DNA of 64,000 bases from Candidatus Gottesmanbacteria bacterium. Its GTDB lineage: Bacteria; Patescibacteriota; Microgenomatia; UBA10105. The notes beneath the pieces are model-generated. The model searched no databases. It was not told where the DNA came from and was given only the letters and a program-made list of their open reading frames with translations. Every line of letters starts with the position of its first letter. The stretch's first letter is position 1. Positions 59,275-64,000 of the stretch are shown here, piece after piece. Where the stretch lies: contig JAHFKJ010000004.1 in NCBI GenBank assembly GCA_023245415.1, positions 2,798-66,797 on the forward strand. Reading direction: 5' to 3'. Both the position numbers and the translations under genes were made by a program.

Positions 59275-61224
59275 ATGTTTCAAAATTACAATCTCTCATA
59301 TAAAAAAATCCTGCCGCTTGCAGCAATAGTATTTATCATCGGAACAGTTTTTCTGACGTCTTTTTTTCTGCAGCGGCAAAATCAGGAATTGCGCAGCCGG
59401 GCCCAGGTTTATCCAACCTGTCCATCAGATCAATGTTATGCTTCAAATTGTCCTACTGGAATGAGTCCAGTCGGAGGTACCTGTACAAACGCTAGTGATA
59501 TTTGTTGTGCAACTACCGGATCAACGTGCCTGCCACCCAACCAATGCGTGGCTTCATCCCAATGTCCTCCTTCCAGAATCGCCGGCGGGACGTGTACTAA
59601 CCAAGTTTGCTGTGCTCCACAAGTTTGTTCACCAGGATCATACACATGCGAAAGCAATGGCGATATCAGAGTTTGTAATAGTGACGGATCAGGATATGAT
59701 TTCGTCCGTTCTTGTAGACTTCCAGAGTATTGTGTAGCAGGTAATCCAAATTGTTTAACACTTCCATCACCTACCCCAACAAGTGTTCCAAATTGTCCGG
59801 CTGACCAATGCTATGTCTCTCCTAGCTGTCCCAGCGGTACAACCCTTCGCGCAGGTGGTATTTGCAGTAATCAGTCAGCGTTATGCTGTGAGCCAATCGG
59901 ACCAGCTTGTCAATCTCCTGACCAATGCGTGCTACCTGCTGATTGTCCCACTACACGACGGACCGGGGGAAACTGTATCGGAGGCGGAAATGTCTGCTGC
60001 AGTCCGCAAGTATGTACTCCTAACTCATATAAATGCGAAAGTAACGGTGATATTCGCAAATGCAAATCAGATGGCAGCGGATATGACCTGATAACTCATT
60101 GTTCGCCTCCAAATTATTGTGTCGACGGCAATCCCAGCTGTATTGCCCTTAATCCGTCACCAACGCCTGCCACTAAGTACGCCTGCCAGAGTAATGGATC
60201 GTGTGTAGTGAGCATAAATGGAAATTTTGATAATCTTTCACAATGCAGAGCCAACTGTGATATACCCCCAACTTATACTTGTTATCAGTGTAGTAATAAC
60301 CAATGTCAGACATTTACATCAACCACAAACTGTACAACCAATTGCAACGCCTGCCAACAACCGCCAACATACACCTGTTATAAATGTAATGGCAGTGCAT
60401 GTGAAACATATACTTCAACTACAGCGTGCGCCACCAGCTGTAATTCGTGCCAACCGCCTCCTTCTTACACCTGTTATTACTGCAGCAATAATGCATGCGA
60501 ATCAAATATATCAAATAGCCCCTGCACGACAGACTGTAGTTCCTGCCAAATCCAACCTCCTACCTATACCTGTTACGACTGCAACGGCAATGCTTGTGTA
60601 AGTTTTGACTCAACTTCGAGTTGTACTACCAGCTGTAATTCATGTCCGCCAGCACCTGTATATTCGTGTTCCCGCTGTAACGGCAATGTATGTGAAACCT
60701 ATACATCAACAACCAGCTGCAGTACTGACTGCAATGCCTGTCAATCTGTAAATCTAGCCGCTTTGTATGTCAAACTGCGTTTTGAAGGCGTAAAACTGCA
60801 GAGACCAAACAAACAGGTAAAAGTTGAATTGGAAAATATTACAACACCCGGCGTATATCAATTTACCCATTTAATCACCTTTACTTCTGATACAAATGGT
60901 ATTTACCGCAACAGCAATAATCAAATCACCGGTATTACACCAGCCAATTACAATATTTACCTTTCCGGCCCATCTCATCTGCGCAAAAAAATTGCCGGCA
61001 TCACCCTCACAACAGGAACAAATGACATTGATCTATCGACTCAAGTATTGCTTGCCGGAGACATAGTTGATGATAATAAAGTAGATTTGGCAGATTATAA
61101 CCAAATGGTAATAGATTTGAGCCAAAACAACGTCACCAGTCTGTCTGATCTGGATTTTGACGGAGATGTCGATATTTATGACTTCAACTTGATGATGGGA
61201 GATTTTGGTAAGACTGGTGATTAA
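59275..61224 (+). CDS. Cys-rich repeat surface protein with a C-terminal dockerin-like domain
   Basis: N-terminal TM, tandem Cys repeats, GDIVDDNKVDLADY and DLDFDGDVDIYDF EF-like loops. Confidence 0.8.
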   Translation: MFQNYNLSYKKILPLAAIVFIIGTVFLTSFFLQRQNQELRSRAQVYPTCPSDQCYASNCPTGMSPVGGTCTNASDICCATTGSTCLPPNQCVASSQCPPSRIAGGTCTNQVCCAPQVCSPGSYTCESNGDIRVCNSDGSGYDFVRSCRLPEYCVAGNPNCLTLPSPTPTSVPNCPADQCYVSPSCPSGTTLRAGGICSNQSALCCEPIGPACQSPDQCVLPADCPTTRRTGGNCIGGGNVCCSPQVCTPNSYKCESNGDIRKCKSDGSGYDLITHCSPPNYCVDGNPSCIALNPSPTPATKYACQSNGSCVVSINGNFDNLSQCRANCDIPPTYTCYQCSNNQCQTFTSTTNCTTNCNACQQPPTYTCYKCNGSACETYTSTTACATSCNSCQPPPSYTCYYCSNNACESNISNSPCTTDCSSCQIQPPTYTCYDCNGNACVSFDSTSSCTTSCNSCPPAPVYSCSRCNGNVCETYTSTTSCSTDCNACQSVNLAALYVKLRFEGVKLQRPNKQVKVELENITTPGVYQFTHLITFTSDTNGIYRNSNNQITGITPANYNIYLSGPSHLRKKIAGITLTTGTNDIDLSTQVLLAGDIVDDNKVDLADYNQMVIDLSQNNVTSLSDLDFDGDVDIYDFNLMMGDFGKTGD

Positions 61225-61243
61225 AAAATATACAAATCAATTT

Positions 61244-61948
61244 TTAGGCAACTTTAGGCAAAAATGATGTATCCACAAAATACTGGTGCGGATTGGCGGG
61301 ATTTATAACAACTGGAATCTGCTTATTTTGAATAAACCGGGTTGGATCCATCCATAAATCTCCACTTTTAAATACATATAGTTTATTATCCTGAGGGTTT
61401 AACCACTGGCAGACGATATTGGTACCCTTTTCTCCGTTGACTTCAACCAAGCCTTCTCCGAGAGATACAAAGTCAGCCATTACTTTTTGCCCGTGAATTT
61501 TGAGCCAGGCATTGGTTTGCTTCTTCTTAATTTGAAACATGATAATACACCCGCCGATGCCAAAAAATATCACGCCCAAAAGACCCATAATTGCTGGCAA
61601 AAACCACAAATCCATAAATGAATCAATTTTTGCGTTATCTGGATTTGAATTTTCATAATATAACGTAACTTTATCTCCGACTTTGTGAGCGGGCGGATTT
61701 GTTCCACTGCTCGAAATATATTCATGACTTTCACCGTTCGTAGACTGAAAACTCACTTTCGGCCGGTACGTCCTACTGCCTTCGGAATCCTGAGAACTAA
61801 TCAGCTCTACTACTTTTCCTTGAGCTCTATCTGCAGTATGGATAAATTTATAATTTGCAACTCCCACAAATATGGATATCACAAGAAAAGGCAATCCGAC
61901 GATGGAGAAAACTAAACCTATGATGGATAACGCATTTGCTTTAAACAT
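61244..61948 (-). CDS. DUF3592 membrane protein
   Basis: TM, G.VV...Y.P.V.F...G......VGDKV..YY...P..A, TM. Confidence 0.75.
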   Translation of the reverse strand: MFKANALSIIGLVFSIVGLPFLVISIFVGVANYKFIHTADRAQGKVVELISSQDSEGSRTYRPKVSFQSTNGESHEYISSSGTNPPAHKVGDKVTLYYENSNPDNAKIDSFMDLWFLPAIMGLLGVIFFGIGGCIIMFQIKKKQTNAWLKIHGQKVMADFVSLGEGLVEVNGEKGTNIVCQWLNPQDNKLYVFKSGDLWMDPTRFIQNKQIPVVINPANPHQYFVDTSFLPKVA

Positions 61949-62054
61949 AAATTACTACTCTAAGAGTAGATAAATCCTTTAATTTAAGCTAAACAAGAAC
62001 CCTACAATTTATTTATACTCTAATACTTGGACAAATGAAAATATATGTCAACAT

Positions 62055-63047
62055 TTACCTTAAGTATTTATTGAAAAAATCGACATCCCGCGCCACTACC
62101 ATTTTCCAGCTTCCGGACAAATTATGATCCGCACCCGTATAGGTATAATATGCAATAGTTTTACCCTTGTCTTGGATTAAATCTACAAATTCATCACTCC
62201 ACTTTTTTGGCACTGCATCATCTTGTGTACCTTGGTGTAATTGTAACGGAGATTGAATATAGTCTAAGTAATTACGCATTGAATAAAGTTCAACATCATA
62301 CATGGATTCAAATTGAGCCAATTTTTGGCGCAGCATTTTCCCCCGATCGTCAAACTCATCGGTATAGTAAAGAATCGAATACGGAAATGGTTTGGTTACG
62401 GGAGCCCATACCGACGTTGGGTAGGATTTATTGACAATTTCCAAGACCGTTAAGGCTATCTGTCCGCCATTACTATGTCCCCAGATTCCCACTTTTCCCG
62501 CGTCAGTTTGCGGTAGTGTGGAAACAGAAGCTAATAAATTAAGGGCAGTTGTATATGTCTCAAACCGCTCTGCAAATACATCAGCAGATGGCGAAGCTGA
62601 ACCTCCATAACCCAAAAAATCCGGAGCCAAAGATATGAAACCATTTTGCGCAAAGACTTCGGCGCTTCGTTGTGTGCCGATTCCGGGTGCATATTTTTCT
62701 TTCTCAACAAAACCGCGAAACTGCACTATTGCCGGAAATTTTTGACCCGGTTTACCTATAGGAATATGTACAAGTCCGGTGATTTTTTTCCCGTCAGAAT
62801 CAAAATGGAATTTGTGAGTAGTAAAATCTTGGGCAGATGCTATTTGTTCATCCAGAATAATCTGGCTTGGTTTAAACTCGCGCCGGCGTAAAGTCTCAAT
62901 CGTATATTTTTCTAAAGGTTTAACTTTTGGAGTCTGGTTTTCTGCAACTGGGGATAAGTATTTTCTTATTGAATAATTATTTATAAATATCAAAGTCGTC
63001 AAACTACCAGTAGCTAATCCAAGAATTAATCCAATCCAAATTTTCAT
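62055..63047 (-). CDS. Alpha/beta hydrolase (S9-like)
   Basis: WGHSNGG nucleophile elbow; HQGTQDD; ADH. Confidence 0.85.
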   Translation of the reverse strand: MKIWIGLILGLATGSLTTLIFINNYSIRKYLSPVAENQTPKVKPLEKYTIETLRRREFKPSQIILDEQIASAQDFTTHKFHFDSDGKKITGLVHIPIGKPGQKFPAIVQFRGFVEKEKYAPGIGTQRSAEVFAQNGFISLAPDFLGYGGSASPSADVFAERFETYTTALNLLASVSTLPQTDAGKVGIWGHSNGGQIALTVLEIVNKSYPTSVWAPVTKPFPYSILYYTDEFDDRGKMLRQKLAQFESMYDVELYSMRNYLDYIQSPLQLHQGTQDDAVPKKWSDEFVDLIQDKGKTIAYYTYTGADHNLSGSWKMVVARDVDFFNKYLR

Positions 63048-63152
63048 AGCATGAGTTTATCATACGGGGTAATACAAATAACTTAACAGGCAATCATTTC
63101 AGTCTTGACAAATAATGTGATAAGTGTATAATAATGAAAAAGTGTTTAAATA

Positions 63153-63455
63153 ATGAATTATATTGCATCCATTACTTCCCAAGGCCAACTCACGATCCCT
63201 AAACCGCTACGGGATGCATTTGGAATTTCCGGCCGGGCCAAAGTATACATTACCCAAAAAGGCGACAAAATAGAACTTAAACCATATAAGCCACGTGATA
63301 TTCTCTCTCTTTATGGAATTTTGAAAGAAAATCCAGTAGTTAAAGCCAATAAAGGTAAACCGCTTCAACAAATAATCGATGAAGAAAGTACGGCATTTGA
63401 GAAGGCAATCGTTGATAATGTTGTAGAAGAAATGGGTCTGCCGCCGCGAAAATGA
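63153..63455 (+). CDS. AbrB/MazE-type antitoxin
   Basis: ITSQGQLTIPK.LR..FGI. Confidence 0.85.
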   Translation: MNYIASITSQGQLTIPKPLRDAFGISGRAKVYITQKGDKIELKPYKPRDILSLYGILKENPVVKANKGKPLQQIIDEESTAFEKAIVDNVVEEMGLPPRK

Positions 63456-63838
63456 TCATTTACACACTTGATACCAACTGTCTGCTTCGCTATTTGACGC
63501 GCGACATTCCCACCCAAGCCAAAAAAGTCCGTAATTTGATGTCTACGGCCAAGAAACATCAGGTGCGTCTGTCTGTATGCGAACCAATTTTCATTGAAAC
63601 GGCAGTCATGCTGAAGAATTACTTTAAATACGACCGCGACAAAGTATTCTTACTACTATCTGACCTGTTGGCTGCACCAGAATTAGAAATTGAAAATCGT
63701 GACCGGCTCGCCAAAGCCACTGTCTTATATCACGAAACCTCGGTTGATTTTACCGACTGCATTCTCTTGATTTATGCTCAAACTCAGCGTTATAAGGTTT
63801 TTACTTTTGACTCAAAACTCGCCCAGATTACTGATTAA
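63452..63838 (+). CDS. PIN-domain (VapC-like) toxin
   Basis: LDTNCLLRYL...E...DF.D......FTFD. Confidence 0.85.
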   Translation: MIIYTLDTNCLLRYLTRDIPTQAKKVRNLMSTAKKHQVRLSVCEPIFIETAVMLKNYFKYDRDKVFLLLSDLLAAPELEIENRDRLAKATVLYHETSVDFTDCILLIYAQTQRYKVFTFDSKLAQITD

Positions 63839-63882
63839 CTCGTAATTATCTCTTCTTCATTTAAAGGTCGCCGTTGCGGATC

Positions 63883-64000
63883 TTAATCGAATCTGCCTGA
63901 TTCTTTTAATTCATGTTGGAAATTTTTTGAGACGAAGTCGATGCTATATTCGACCCATTCCAGAAGTTGTCTGTCAGTTTTGTATTCACCCTCGCTCACA
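63883..64000 (-). CDS. 3' end of a gene running off the window (TfoX-like C-terminus?)
   Basis: ..VSEGEYKTDRQLLEWVEYSIDFVSKNFQHELKESGRFD*. Confidence 0.35.
   Translation of the reverse strand, partial: VSEGEYKTDRQLLEWVEYSIDFVSKNFQHELKESGRFD

Noticed and set aside
1519-63559. Numerous 60-180 aa ORFs overlapping larger genes on the opposite strand or in other frames
   Set aside because: They are shadows of well-supported CDSs and show no recognisable motifs.

Overview
AT-rich bacterial window in standard code 11 (TGA is used as a stop). Many genes have a TATAAT box only a few nt upstream of the start codon and no obvious SD sequence. This, together with GT39, DUF5667-like, pilin and dockerin proteins, suggests a Patescibacteria/CPR genome, probably Microgenomates (inference). 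The right third is largely core or surface genes (rpoD, dnaG, glycosyltransferases, yjjX, suhB). The left two thirds is an accessory region of small stress/detox genes, TA pairs and several pseudogenes. Three linked signals stand out. (1) A minus-strand tRNA-Asn(GTT) at 46340-46609 is split inside the anticodon by a 198-nt group I intron. (2) Three small GIY-YIG nuclease genes lie near this tRNA: one is bracketed by a duplicate of the tRNA 5' exon, and two are near-identical paralogs preceded by a covarying hairpin. A family of short palindromes also appears inserted, even nested, into CDSs and RNA loops. (3) About 20 kb downstream of the tRNA 3' end (26.4-46.3 kb), 14 same-orientation sites sit at gene boundaries. 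Each has a TGGCTCCCC-like core resembling the tRNA 3' end, most preceded by one of two conserved arms and followed by short recurrent tails. This resembles an integron-like cassette array with no integrase in the window. All family assignments come from motif recognition by eye; no searches were run.
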